A stretch of 64,000 nucleotides of DNA, from NCBI GenBank assembly GCA_000431335.1, contig FR888054.1:96307-160306 (forward strand). The letters run 5' to 3'. Of this stretch, positions 1 to 10,113 are shown in pieces. A program made the position numbers and the translations under genes. This DNA comes from Clostridium sp. CAG:343. GTDB taxonomy: Bacteria > Bacillota > Clostridia > TANB77 > CAG-508. The number at the start of each line of letters is the position of its first letter. Positions within the stretch are counted from its first letter, which is position 1. Below the pieces are notes generated by a model. It saw nothing but the letters and a program-made list of their open reading frames with translations. It did no database searches and was not told where the DNA came from.

Positions 1-163
1 AAATTAATTCTAATATTGTTACAATTAATTCTATTTTTAATAGTTTACTTGTTTTTATTTTATGCAATATTTCTTTAGATTTTTTCATATTATAAATCCC
101 TCCATTCTTACTTAATTAATTTGTATGAATAAAGGGCTTGTTCTTATGCTTATTTTCAATATT

Positions 164-1609
164 TTATACATTAACTTCATCTTTTCTAACTTCTATTTCC
201 TTTTGTCGATAAGATATAATATTGAATTCATCTTTTTTATTAAATACTATCATAATCACTTTTGTATAATTATCTTTAGCTGGTTTACCATATTCATTAA
301 TAGTAATACTTGCTTTATGTTTTTTAAGAGTATCAAAAGTGTTCATAAATCCCATTCCTGTTCCACCACTTTCTTTGTGGGTTGTACTTGGGATTTTTCC
401 TAATTTATGCAATGTATTTATTTCAAATTCAATTCCTGAATCATATATATAAATTGAGTATTGTCCGTCTATTTTTCCTATTCTTACTAAAATACTTCTA
501 TTACTATTATTAGAATAATTTACTGCAATTATTGCATTTTTCACATGGTCTGCTATTAATATTTCTAATTCCTCTTTTGTTATATGATTATTAATCATTT
601 GATATATGTTTCCATTTAATTGTACTTCAAACTTAATTTTATTTTTTATGCATTCTGATTTCATATAATTTAACATATCGTCTATTTCTGAAATGTTTGT
701 CTTTGGAATTTCTATTTCTGGTTCTTCTGATATTTGCTTTGTGATGTTGTTTAGCCTATTTTTTACATCTATTTCTTCTGCTATTTCGTTCTTTAATGCT
801 AGTTCATTTAGTTTGTATTCTAATGCTTTTTGTTTGTGTGCTATTGAATGACTTGTTTTACTAAAGTTTAGATTTTCTTGTTCTAATTGTTTTATTTCTT
901 TTTTCTTGTCCTCTAGTTCCTTTTTGGTTTCTTCTAAATCTTGTACTAACAACCTTTGCTTATAGTAAAGTTGTAATGATTTTTGAATTATGATGAACAT
1001 CATTATAGAAAAGATAATAAATCCAAAACCCAAAGCACTTGTAAAAGATTCATTATAATTAGTCAAAACAATAAAAGAAAATATTATAATTACACTTATA
1101 TTTAAAATTAACATATTAAAATATTCGTTTTTAAGTCTTTTATTTAAAAATATAATACCTTGTTTGAATCTTTTTATTTTTAAAATTCTATTAATTATTA
1201 TGCTATAACAAATTATTATCACTATTAGACTAATCCAATCATTATTAATATTAAAGATTATATTGGGTATAAAAGCTATTGCTACTGAAAGCAAAAATAC
1301 AATATAATTTATACTTAAAGAAAATATTATAATTAAAATCGAATAAACTATATCTTCTTTATTAATTATAGAAAATCCTATAGCCAAAGAAGTTGCTAAA
1401 AAAATCATACTATTTAATGAACTAGAACAAAATTTAATTTCTCCTCCTATAATGGCAATAACTATAATTATCATGTATGAAATAATTTTTTTATTATCTT
1501 TCTTATTTATAATTCTTATAGCAAAATTATATGTAAAAATACTGATACTTAAAATCTTTAATATATAAATAACTATACCTATATTCTCTAGATTATTTAT
1601 AAAATCCAT
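164..1609 (-). CDS. sensor histidine kinase, AgrC/VirS-like (multi-TM N-terminus, coiled-coil linker, GHKL HATPase_c_5-type C-terminus)
   Basis: Translation shows about 6 hydrophobic helices and a K/E-rich coiled coil. The C-terminus carries an N-box-like LIADHVKNAI, a G1 IYDSGIEF and a G2 GGTGMGF, typical of AgrC-family kinases. Confidence 0.6.
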   Translation of the reverse strand: MDFINNLENIGIVIYILKILSISIFTYNFAIRIINKKDNKKIISYMIIIVIAIIGGEIKFCSSSLNSMIFLATSLAIGFSIINKEDIVYSILIIIFSLSINYIVFLLSVAIAFIPNIIFNINNDWISLIVIIICYSIIINRILKIKRFKQGIIFLNKRLKNEYFNMLILNISVIIIFSFIVLTNYNESFTSALGFGFIIFSIMMFIIIQKSLQLYYKQRLLVQDLEETKKELEDKKKEIKQLEQENLNFSKTSHSIAHKQKALEYKLNELALKNEIAEEIDVKNRLNNITKQISEEPEIEIPKTNISEIDDMLNYMKSECIKNKIKFEVQLNGNIYQMINNHITKEELEILIADHVKNAIIAVNYSNNSNRSILVRIGKIDGQYSIYIYDSGIEFEINTLHKLGKIPSTTHKESGGTGMGFMNTFDTLKKHKASITINEYGKPAKDNYTKVIMIVFNKKDEFNIISYRQKEIEVRKDEVNV

Positions 1610-1918
1610 ATTTTATTTTTCCTTTTACAACATTTAATATTATACATATTATATATAAAAATAAAGGGATATTCAATATGAAATATTAATATCTCCTTAT
1701 TTTTATCCCTTTATTTTTATACTTTAACCAGCCCAATGGCTAATCCATCTCCAAAAGGCATTAAACCAATATCTCATTGTATTCACCACCTTTTCCATTT
1801 CGTTTTTTCTCTTGGTGTCAATAAAAAAATACCATTTATTACTTTCAAATAAACGGTATCTAATAATAGAAAAAAATGATGAAAAATGGCGAAAAATAAA
1901 AAAATCTAGTATTTACTA

Positions 1919-2707
1919 CTAGATCATCTTTTTTATTTTATCAACATAATAATAAATAAACTCCATAGGCGTTGGTATTCCTGTCTCATAATTCACTTTG
2001 GCTGTATAATATGTTGTTAAATCTTCTATTGATGAAACTCTCCAAGCATGTATAATTGCATTTTGAATTCCATTAGTTATAGTATTTCCTGATTTTTTAT
2101 ATATTTTCGTTAAATGTTGTATAACATTTATATTACTATTTTCGTTTTGTATTAAGTATAATATAGCATCATGAATATATTTTCTTCCTTTTAACTTTGC
2201 TGTTACTCCTATCAAATCCAACTCATGATAAATATGTTCTGAAATTTTACTTTCACTTTCTCGTAATTCCTCTTCTAAGTTTTTAATATCTGATTGTATT
2301 TCTATTTTTCTTAAATTAATGAATTTATTTAAGACTTGATTACATGAATAATTAGGATGATCTTTATATAATATAAGATCAACTCCATTCCTATGTAGTA
2401 TTTCATAAGTTCTTTTTGAGTTAACATGTGTAGTTACAATTACAATTGGTACATAATTCAAATTTAATTTTTTTAAGTTTAATAAAAATTCTAGAGAATC
2501 CGTGTTGCCTGATGTGCTATTATTTAGCTCTAAATCTAAAACTATACCTTCTGGGTGCTTCAACTTTACATATTTTAATCCTTCTATGTCTGAATCTGTT
2601 ATTCCAACTAATTCTATATCTTTTCTTTCTTTGATACAATTAACAAATCTATTACAGTCATCAATATCATCTTCTATAATTAGTATCTTCATTGCTTTAG
2701 ATTCCAT
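1919..2707 (-). CDS. response regulator: REC domain + Spo0A C-terminal-like DNA-binding domain (Spo0A paralog-type)
   Basis: N-terminus KILIIEDD...VLDLEL...IVTTH...ILYK has REC hallmarks. The C-terminus IGVTAKLKG..Y..AI...NAIIHAW...IPTPMEFIYYYVDKI aligns to the Spo0A_C signature (IGVPAHIKGY..AI...ERAIRHAIEVAW...KPTNSEFIAMVADKL). It lies directly upstream of the kinase on the same strand. Confidence 0.55.
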   Translation of the reverse strand: MESKAMKILIIEDDIDDCNRFVNCIKERKDIELVGITDSDIEGLKYVKLKHPEGIVLDLELNNSTSGNTDSLEFLLNLKKLNLNYVPIVIVTTHVNSKRTYEILHRNGVDLILYKDHPNYSCNQVLNKFINLRKIEIQSDIKNLEEELRESESKISEHIYHELDLIGVTAKLKGRKYIHDAILYLIQNENSNINVIQHLTKIYKKSGNTITNGIQNAIIHAWRVSSIEDLTTYYTAKVNYETGIPTPMEFIYYYVDKIKKMI

Positions 2708-2846
2708 ACTATACTCCTCCTTTTATTCTTATTATGGATAATATACCATAAAACCTCATTGAATACTACATTAATGTAGAATATTTTCCTATATATTTTC
2801 GGTTTTTTTAATATAAAATGAACAATAAGTATAAGGAGTGGTTTTT

Positions 2847-3209
2847 ATGAATATTAATCATAGCAGTAAAGAAATAGAATTAGATAAATTAGAACAAATA
2901 GAAAGAGGCAAAAGAATTAAATTTATTAGAGAAAATGAACTACATATGAATAAAACTCAACTTGCTAAAGAGATTGGCATTTCTGGACAATTCCTAGGAT
3001 TAGTAGAAGAAGGAAAAGGTAACCTTGTCTATAAAAGTATAAAAAAACTAAGAAATATAAGTGGACATTCAGCTGACTTTATTTTATATGGTTTTGATGA
3101 TACAACTATAACTAAAACCAAAGAATGTTTACAACATTATTCTGAAGAAGAATTTATTTATGCTACTAAAATAATTACACAAATTGCCACTTTCATAAAA
3201 AACACTTAA
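2847..3209 (+). CDS. XRE-family helix-turn-helix transcriptional regulator
   Basis: HTH_3-like segment MNKTQLAKEIGISGQFLGLVEEGKG. Start moved to ATG 2847, which follows the RBS AAGGAGTG; the ORF-track start falls inside that RBS. Confidence 0.5.
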   Translation: MNINHSSKEIELDKLEQIERGKRIKFIRENELHMNKTQLAKEIGISGQFLGLVEEGKGNLVYKSIKKLRNISGHSADFILYGFDDTTITKTKECLQHYSEEEFIYATKIITQIATFIKNT

Positions 3210-3323
3210 TGTTTTATGTATGTTTTATATTGTTTTGAATATATCGTATTGACTTTTTGTATTTCTTTAAATAAAATATTCCACATAAAGTACTAATATA
3301 TATACTAAAAGGTGGAATATTTT

Positions 3324-3509
3324 ATGATTACAAATTATTTATTTTTTTTAATAGCTTTACCAAAAGAAGAACTAAAAAAACAACTTTTAATTATTTTATT
3401 ATTTTTTGTGTTTATCATGTTGACTTATCTATTTTTAAATTATCTAAAATTAAAATTCACAAATGAAAATAGTAATTCTCTTTTTCAAAAATTTTTAAAA
3501 AGGCTTTAA
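3324..3509 (+). CDS. small hydrophobic membrane peptide (61 aa)
   Basis: Strong RBS AAAGGTGG sits 8 nt before ATG 3324. The peptide has two hydrophobic stretches and a basic tail. Function unknown. Confidence 0.35.
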   Translation: MITNYLFFLIALPKEELKKQLLIILLFFVFIMLTYLFLNYLKLKFTNENSNSLFQKFLKRL

Positions 3510-3658
3510 ATAACTACTGAAATCATTTAATATATCACATTGTAAAAAGTTAGAAGAATTTTAGTATTTTCAAATATAAAAATCTTTCTTACAATATAAA
3601 GACTTTTTATAGTCCAAATATTTATAAAGAAAGATCTATATGTTTTTTATAAACATTT

Positions 3659-4165
3659 TTATTTTTGCATTTGAATTAAAAAATTATATTTATTTGCATG
3701 TCTTATTTCATCTGTCATTATTGACATAAGTAAAGTATAACTTTTACCACTTGGCATAGTTCCCATTATTTTTCTATACTTCTTAATAGCATCAAGTTCC
3801 CCAAATAATGCCTTTTCTAAATTTTCTTTATAACTCATTTGATTATTGCTACTATTTGTTAAATTATCTGCTGGCAAAATTTGACCTGTAAAATCATAAT
3901 ATAATTCTCTTAAAATTTGATTATGTTTTCTTTCATCATCTCTAATACTTCTTATTATATCTTTTTCTTTATCAGTTGGTGCTTGTTCTATTAATATACC
4001 ATAAAACATTTCATCTTCTTTTTCATCATCAACAGACTTTCTTATCAAATCAATTGCTTGATTTAATGTTATAATTTCTCCGCTTTCCTCTTTCATCTCA
4101 CTATTTCTGTAATTATATTCTCTAAATCCATAATATTGATTATACATATTATAATTAGGATACAT
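3659..4165 (-). CDS. ferritin-like diiron-domain protein
   Basis: Two E..H motifs (DERKH, DEIRH) in predicted helical segments. No closer family assignment is possible by eye. Confidence 0.4.
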   Translation of the reverse strand: MYPNYNMYNQYYGFREYNYRNSEMKEESGEIITLNQAIDLIRKSVDDEKEDEMFYGILIEQAPTDKEKDIIRSIRDDERKHNQILRELYYDFTGQILPADNLTNSSNNQMSYKENLEKALFGELDAIKKYRKIMGTMPSGKSYTLLMSIMTDEIRHANKYNFLIQMQK

Positions 4166-4222
4166 TTTATCCCCTCCCTTAAGCTATAATATGTATTAAA
4201 TATTATTTTGTTAAATAGATTA

Positions 4223-5197
4223 CTAATTTTGCATTTTTATTTGTTCATCTTTTATTAATGGATATCTAATAAGATTTTCACTATTCAAATTTTCTTTATG
4301 CATGTCTATAGCAGTAATTTGATGATTATCGTATGTTGTATAATAATAAATTCCCTTACTTGCATTACAACAAGATGTATAAATTGTTATTTCAAATATT
4401 CCATCATCTAATTCACAACATCCTCTTTGTTGTTCAACAGAATTAAGTATATGAAAAAACTGGCTAACACTTTCTTTTTCTTCTTCTTTAGATACTGAAT
4501 TCATTTTTACAAAAGCTGCTCTTATGAATCTAGATTGAGATGATAAATCTCCTGGAAGCCCTATCGCTCCCATACCTCTACTATATTTCTCTAAATTCAA
4601 CGATTTTGCAAATGTGTTTTTTGGTGATTTAGTTGATAAATTCATATAGTTATTTAATTCGAACATTTGCTTATCAAATGTAGGATTATTGGTTAACACT
4701 CCTACTGGATTTTCATATATTTTTATTCCATCTTTTACAGCTTCTACTGTTATAGATTCTATGCTATCTGAAATAATCCAATGTAATTGTGCTAATGGTA
4801 AATTTGTGCTAAATGGTTCATCTAAAAAATTTATTTTTTCTATTAATTTTTTTGCCTCTTTTACTGTTGTACTCTGACTTAAAATCCATGGAATAAATTC
4901 AAATTGCGTAATATTATCTTTTCCTTTTATTTTTTTATTATATTGTGCATTTCCTACAAAATTTAGTCCTGCTATTCCTAAACCTTTTTCGTTTACTGCT
5001 TCATAATATAATGGATAATTTTCTGTAACATATGCCATTCCTATTATGGCGTAGTGATTTTTTATATTTTGCTTATGTCTAAAGTTAAATTCATAATTTC
5101 TTGGCGTTATTGTTACTTCATCTCCATATGAAATTTCATAGTCTAGTGTCCTTCCAAAATAGAAATCTTTTGTTTTGTATGTTATCGCTGTACACAT
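4223..5197 (-). CDS. cbh: choloylglycine hydrolase / bile salt hydrolase (Ntn hydrolase, Cys2 nucleophile)
   Basis: Begins MCTAITY, with Cys2 directly after the initiator Met. The length and motifs (GLNFVG, LPGD..S.SRFIR, YTSC) match linear amide C-N hydrolases such as clostridial CBAH. Confidence 0.8.
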   Translation of the reverse strand: MCTAITYKTKDFYFGRTLDYEISYGDEVTITPRNYEFNFRHKQNIKNHYAIIGMAYVTENYPLYYEAVNEKGLGIAGLNFVGNAQYNKKIKGKDNITQFEFIPWILSQSTTVKEAKKLIEKINFLDEPFSTNLPLAQLHWIISDSIESITVEAVKDGIKIYENPVGVLTNNPTFDKQMFELNNYMNLSTKSPKNTFAKSLNLEKYSRGMGAIGLPGDLSSQSRFIRAAFVKMNSVSKEEEKESVSQFFHILNSVEQQRGCCELDDGIFEITIYTSCCNASKGIYYYTTYDNHQITAIDMHKENLNSENLIRYPLIKDEQIKMQN

Positions 5198-5285
5198 ATT
5201 TATTTTCTCCTATTCGTTTTTATTCTTTTTGTTTTATTATATCACTTTTGTTTCTTTTTGTGTTGCTTTTTATTATTGATTAATG

Positions 5286-5300
5286 CCTTCGGGTTATGAG
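5286..5300. repeat. 15-bp direct-repeat core (attL-like), identical to 28407..28421
   Basis: Exact match. The sequence is the reverse complement of a tRNA-Met anticodon loop plus 3' stem (ctcataacccgaagg). Confidence 0.55.
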
Positions 5301-5418
5301 CGAGGTTTAACCGATTTTTGTGAGTTTGTGAAAATTAGAGTTTTTGTTGGTATATTGATATTTACAAGAGTTTTAACTTATAGAACATTTGTGCATTTTT
5401 AGGGCATTTTTGGAGAAG

Positions 5419-5440
5419 ATTTTACCCAATTTTTACCCAA
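5419..5440. repeat. arm-type tandem repeat attttacccaatttttacccaa (candidate integrase arm-binding site)
   Basis: The identical 22-mer recurs at 28260..28281, and both copies lie just inside the island ends. Confidence 0.45.
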
Positions 5441-5527
5441 TGGGTATGGTACGTTTGTTCTTAGGAATTTGGCTCTTGTGATAGCTATTTTTATTGAGAA
5501 AAATTTTAATTTTGGAGGTAAATTTTT

Positions 5528-5821
5528 ATGAGTAATTTAAGAGAAGTTAATGATGATATTTTAAAGGATTGGTTAGATTTTAGAGAGGATGCTATTGCTT
5601 CGTTAGGTTGTGCAGAGGATAAAAAGCATTGGATTTATTTTGATGAGATTTCTGAGAGGATTTTGAAGAATGTTCCTGATCAGAATAGAAAGTATGTTGA
5701 GAAACAACTAAAACAGCTTGATGATAATTTCTTTGATTATATTTGCTATTGGAATGAGAAGTATTATAGGAATGGATTTTGTGATGGTTCTCAATTAGTT
5801 ATGGGATGTTTTTCTAATTAA
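5528..5821 (+). CDS. hypothetical small protein (97 aa)
   Basis: Clean ORF with RBS GGAGGT. A degenerate copy of its 3' end is found at 9990..10045. Confidence 0.4.
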   Translation: MSNLREVNDDILKDWLDFREDAIASLGCAEDKKHWIYFDEISERILKNVPDQNRKYVEKQLKQLDDNFFDYICYWNEKYYRNGFCDGSQLVMGCFSN

Positions 5822-5852
5822 GAATACCAGGAAAATAATTTTCCTGGTATTC
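5822..5852. terminator. bidirectional rho-independent terminator hairpin (gaataccagga/tcctggtattc)
   Basis: Perfect 11-bp inverted repeat lying between convergent genes. Confidence 0.5.
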
Positions 5853-5876
5853 CTATATTTATTCTCATATTATTTC

Positions 5877-8800
5877 TTAATCTACTTTAATTTCATTTTT
5901 CAATTCGTAATTGTCTATTTTCATTATTAAATAATTAAATCCATTTATTGAAAAATCTTCTCCTTGTTTTCCTCTTTTTAAGCTTTGACCTACTGGAGCT
6001 TCTGGCGAAATTTTATTGTATCCAATTTTTCTTAATTCTTCTATTTCTGATTCATATATATATAATTTTAATGTTTCATTTTGATCCTCACTATATAATT
6101 CATATAATTTTACTTCATCTATTGTTTGTTTTATATACTTATTGTTTTCACTTTTTATTTCTTCAATTTGTTTATCCATCTTTTTTATATTTAAAGTTGC
6201 ATCTTCTATATCATATTTACTTTCAATTTGTCCTAAAAAATAATCTTCAATAAATTGCCATCTTTCATCATCATTTTTTAATTGAGTAAAGAAATATGTC
6301 ATATAACAAACTGAATCATAATGTAATTTTTGAATTGTCGTTAATGTTCTGCTTTTATATGAATGATTATCTAATACTTTTTGTATAGTTTCTTCACTGT
6401 TTACACGAACAAAAAATTCTAAACTATTTCCTCTTTCAAATGTATATGATGTTAAGTCAAGTAATTCTAATATTTGTGCAGCAATTAATATTGGATCAGA
6501 TCTCATCTTTTTATTATCATCTTTATTAGTATTTATTACTAATATAGTTTCATTATTGTCCTTACATGACTTAAGCATATTTTCTATTGAATTTTTAATA
6601 TGATTTATAGTTCTATCATAATATGCTGAAACAATATGATATCTATTAGTTTTTGAATTATAATCACAAAACTTATATTTTCCAGCTGTATAGTTAAAAT
6701 CGTAAGAAATTAACAAACTAAGTAGTGGTTCAATTAGGTTATTTACTTTTGTTTTACTATTATTAATTCCCTTTTTTATAATTAATTCTGCTATTTCATT
6801 TGAATTATAATGTTTATTTGACATTTTCATGTCATCTAATACACTTTTTATAACATTTAACCATTGTATTGCTTTTATTTCTACATCTCCAAAATCATTT
6901 AATTTTGCAGATAATTTTAATAAAGTTCTATCACTAAAACATGTTCTGTCTATTTGTGGTAATTCCCCTAAGTAAAATTTTCTTTTAAAATTACCAAATG
7001 TTAATCCATCATATTTACCATTATAATGTTCTAACCAACATTGTTTAAAATCAAAAACATATAAATCTCCCGTATATTTAGTCTTTACATCAGATACGTC
7101 CATTTTTTCTAATTGTTTTCTATCATATTTTAATTCTAAATACTTTTTCCAACCATATTGTTCAATGATAGGCATTTTTGAATCTGAAATAAAAAATAAT
7201 CCTTTAGTAAACATACTTCTTGGTTTAAATACTAAAGGCACATAATTTGACATACTTTTAAAATCTCTCTTTATTGCTATAATTGTTGCCTTTAATTTAT
7301 TTTCTATTTCATCATCGTTTGTTGCTTGAAACACATGTGCAAATTCATCTGTAGAAACCAAAAAATTTCTTCTATTTCCAGTCTTATATTTATATAAGAT
7401 TTTCATAAGAACACCAATAATATTGTAAACTGTAATTTGAGACATTCCTTCTAATTTATTAATATATCTGAAATCTTCTTTGTAAAAATCTGTAGATGCA
7501 ATTCCTTTCATTCCAGGCTTTCTTGCCGCTCTTCCAATCTCTTGAACATAATCTGCTAAGTTTCCTGTAGGTGCAAAGTGATAAACATTTTTTATATCTT
7601 CAATATCAATTCCCATGCCAAAAGCTTTTGTTGCTAAAATTATATTCTTATTTCCTTTTCTTATATCTTCAAGTGCCTCGTCTTTGTCTATCTTATCCAT
7701 TTTTCCATGATATATAGCAACTTCATTGTCTGAAAAATTACTAGCTATATTATTTAAAGATTTTATTGTTGGAAAATATACTAGTGTTTTTTCATTATAG
7801 TTTTCAGAATAATCCCTAATTCTTTTAATTACTATTTCATCCTTTTCTTCTTTATATGCACGATCCTTTAAATGATTATATATATTAAAACTTATATCAT
7901 TTCTTTTTATCGCTCCAAAAAAGGTATCACAAGTTAAATTCAAACTCTCAACTATATCATGATACATATCTTCTGTTCCATTGCTAATAGTTGCTGTAGC
8001 TGTAAAAGTTGCAATTGGAAAAATATGTTTTGTTTTATGTCTTAATTTATCTAAATAATCTCCTAAATACCAATAATCCGGTCTAAAATTTTTTCCCCAA
8101 GTAGAAACAGTATGAGCTTCATCCACCACTAATAATCCAATTTGTCTATCTCCTATAAATGTTTCTATGTCTGCATTACTTAATAAAGTTTCAGGAGATA
8201 TATATAAGATAGAAATTTTCTTTTCTTTAATATCTTCTATAATTTTTTCCTTTTCTATTGGTGTAAATTCTGAATTTATAGTTGCTGCACAATTAGTTAA
8301 TACTTTTATATTATTCACTTGATCTTTCATTAGTCCTATTAATGGTGATATTACTATAGTTAATAATTCATTCTTTTCAGCCGCAACTATTGCAGGTATT
8401 TGGAATAAAATTGATTTACCGGCACCTGTTGGTGCTGTCACAAAAATATCTTTAAAACTTTCATTGTTTTGCGCTCTTAAAATGTTTTGATATATTGTAT
8501 CTATAATAATACTTTGATCTACATCTTCCATTTCATTACTATTAAATGGATCTTTATACATTGGGATTTTTCTAAAATTGTATTCAGAATTTTTTCTTTT
8601 TAAAACTTCTAAATATACATTATATAAATCCGGTACAACATCCCTTTTTTTTCTTTTTTCTTCTATAATATTTATCCCCATATAATTAAGAATAAATAAG
8701 AATTTTTTTATATATTTTTCATCTTTTCCTTCAATTTGAATAAATTTAATAGTATTATATTTCCCATCTAATATTTCATTAAAAACTTGAATAAACTCTT

Positions 8801-9386
8801 CTGAAGTCGAATTATCAAATAACTCTGTTTCTTTTACTATATCTAATTTTTTATTTTCATAGTACTCTGAATACCTTCTGATTAACTTTACAAACATTTC
8901 GGATATTTCATTTTCAAATTTATTATAAGAAATAACTAAATTTCCATTTCTAATTTCCATACTAGTATATATTTTCTGTAGCATGTTACTTTGAGTCGTT
9001 TCTTCTTCAAATTTTTTTATTATATTTTTCAAATTTTCACTTTGAATACCTGGATAGTAATAATCAAAACAACCTATATCTATTATTTTTATTTTATATC
9101 CTGAAGCTTGAACTAATCCATATAAATTCTTCTTTTCAACATAAATTATTTCTTCATATAAACACCAATAAATATTCTTTGAACTTAATTTGATGAAATT
9201 ATCTTTCATAAACGCTTCATCATCTACATAAAAAATATTCATCAAGTCTTTAATTATTCCTAAATCAAATATATGCTCACATTTTAAGTTGATTCTTTTA
9301 ATTATAGAATCAAAACCTTTTAACACATATATAGTTTTTTCTTCGTTAACTATCTTAGAAATTTCATCTTCAATCATCTTCAACAT
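5877..9386 (-). CDS. large RecQ-family SF2 helicase (1169 aa) with uncharacterised N- and C-terminal extensions
   Basis: Motif I TAPTGAGKS. Motif II VVDEAHTVSTWGKNFRPDY mirrors the RecQ signature DEAHC.S.WGHDFRP. Motif V/VI GMGIDIEDI...YVQEIGRAARKPG. About 300 aa N-terminal and 350 aa C-terminal have no recognised domain. Confidence 0.7.
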   Translation of the reverse strand: MLKMIEDEISKIVNEEKTIYVLKGFDSIIKRINLKCEHIFDLGIIKDLMNIFYVDDEAFMKDNFIKLSSKNIYWCLYEEIIYVEKKNLYGLVQASGYKIKIIDIGCFDYYYPGIQSENLKNIIKKFEEETTQSNMLQKIYTSMEIRNGNLVISYNKFENEISEMFVKLIRRYSEYYENKKLDIVKETELFDNSTSEEFIQVFNEILDGKYNTIKFIQIEGKDEKYIKKFLFILNYMGINIIEEKRKKRDVVPDLYNVYLEVLKRKNSEYNFRKIPMYKDPFNSNEMEDVDQSIIIDTIYQNILRAQNNESFKDIFVTAPTGAGKSILFQIPAIVAAEKNELLTIVISPLIGLMKDQVNNIKVLTNCAATINSEFTPIEKEKIIEDIKEKKISILYISPETLLSNADIETFIGDRQIGLLVVDEAHTVSTWGKNFRPDYWYLGDYLDKLRHKTKHIFPIATFTATATISNGTEDMYHDIVESLNLTCDTFFGAIKRNDISFNIYNHLKDRAYKEEKDEIVIKRIRDYSENYNEKTLVYFPTIKSLNNIASNFSDNEVAIYHGKMDKIDKDEALEDIRKGNKNIILATKAFGMGIDIEDIKNVYHFAPTGNLADYVQEIGRAARKPGMKGIASTDFYKEDFRYINKLEGMSQITVYNIIGVLMKILYKYKTGNRRNFLVSTDEFAHVFQATNDDEIENKLKATIIAIKRDFKSMSNYVPLVFKPRSMFTKGLFFISDSKMPIIEQYGWKKYLELKYDRKQLEKMDVSDVKTKYTGDLYVFDFKQCWLEHYNGKYDGLTFGNFKRKFYLGELPQIDRTCFSDRTLLKLSAKLNDFGDVEIKAIQWLNVIKSVLDDMKMSNKHYNSNEIAELIIKKGINNSKTKVNNLIEPLLSLLISYDFNYTAGKYKFCDYNSKTNRYHIVSAYYDRTINHIKNSIENMLKSCKDNNETILVINTNKDDNKKMRSDPILIAAQILELLDLTSYTFERGNSLEFFVRVNSEETIQKVLDNHSYKSRTLTTIQKLHYDSVCYMTYFFTQLKNDDERWQFIEDYFLGQIESKYDIEDATLNIKKMDKQIEEIKSENNKYIKQTIDEVKLYELYSEDQNETLKLYIYESEIEELRKIGYNKISPEAPVGQSLKRGKQGEDFSINGFNYLIMKIDNYELKNEIKVD

Positions 9387-9989
9387 TTTACTAACACCTC
9401 TTTTTTTACAATTAAAGTTTATTTATTTCTTCTATTTTAAATGTTTTAATTTTCTACATTATATCACAAAGTATTAATATGAAAAAGATCAATTATAAAA
9501 CTATTTATCTTTTAATAATACTTTTTTCAACTTAAAATTTCATCATCATAAATAACATTATTGCTTCTTGTATTGTTTTAACAATTTTGATTTTAATCTT
9601 ATTCTATCATAAACAAAAATTACAAGTATAAATTTACTCCCAACTCATTCTCGATGAAAGTCAAATAAATTAATAAATTTTAAATTATACATTTAAAATT
9701 TAACTTACAACTTTTAAGGTATAAAAGTCAACTGAATACTTACGTTTGAAATTGTAAATTTCATAAGAAATCTGCTATAATTTTTAATATAATACTAAAG
9801 ATTTTATTCTAAAAAATGCACCAACAATTATTAAAAAATTTGCTACTATTTTTTATTTTTTTTAATTTGTTATGAATAAAGAAAACATTGGATTAATTTT
9901 GATAAAATTATTGAATTTATTAAGCGAATTTTTCTAAACGAAATAAAATATATGTAAAAAATCAATTAGGTAAACTTCACAAAAATTTT

Positions 9990-10045
9990 ATGTATTATAT
10001 TTGTTATTGAAATGAGAAGTATTATAGATTTAAATTTTGTTATGT
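9990..10045 (+). repeat. degenerate duplicate of the 3' end of gene 5528..5821 inside a 730-bp non-coding AT-rich tract
   Basis: tattatatttgttattgaaatgagaagtattatag here matches gattatatttgctattggaatgagaagtattatag at 5741..5775. Confidence 0.4.
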
Positions 10046-10076
10046 TTTTCAGCTAGTTATTGCTTTAATATATAGT

Positions 10077-10107
10077 AAAAGGCGAGTTAATTCTCGCCTT
10101 TTGTTTC
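10077..10107. terminator. rho-independent terminator (aaaaggcgag ttaatt ctcgcctttt)
   Basis: Perfect 10-bp stem flanked by A and T runs. It is bidirectional and lies downstream of the MBL gene. Confidence 0.5.
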
Positions 10108-10113
10108 TTATAA

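Noticed and set aside
125-403. Many 60 to 160-aa ORFs on the strand opposite long genes (for example 125..403, 2446..2741, 4689..4877, 5101..5283, 5948..6253, 16512..16790, 17450..17689, 17991..18320, 19720..20347, 39623..40151, 43311..43722, 48068..48553, 58362..58855, 62101..62328).
   Set aside because: They are low-complexity, Leu/Ile/Phe/Ser-rich translations of AT-rich antisense sequence. They have no RBS and lie fully inside better-supported genes. These are shadow ORFs.
9387-10113. Hidden gene or RNA in the 730-bp gene-free tract between the helicase and the MBL gene.
   Set aside because: Extremely AT-rich with no ORF longer than 60 aa and no obvious conserved structure. It contains only the degenerate 50-bp duplicate and a terminator hairpin. 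It is probably promoter or spacer DNA.
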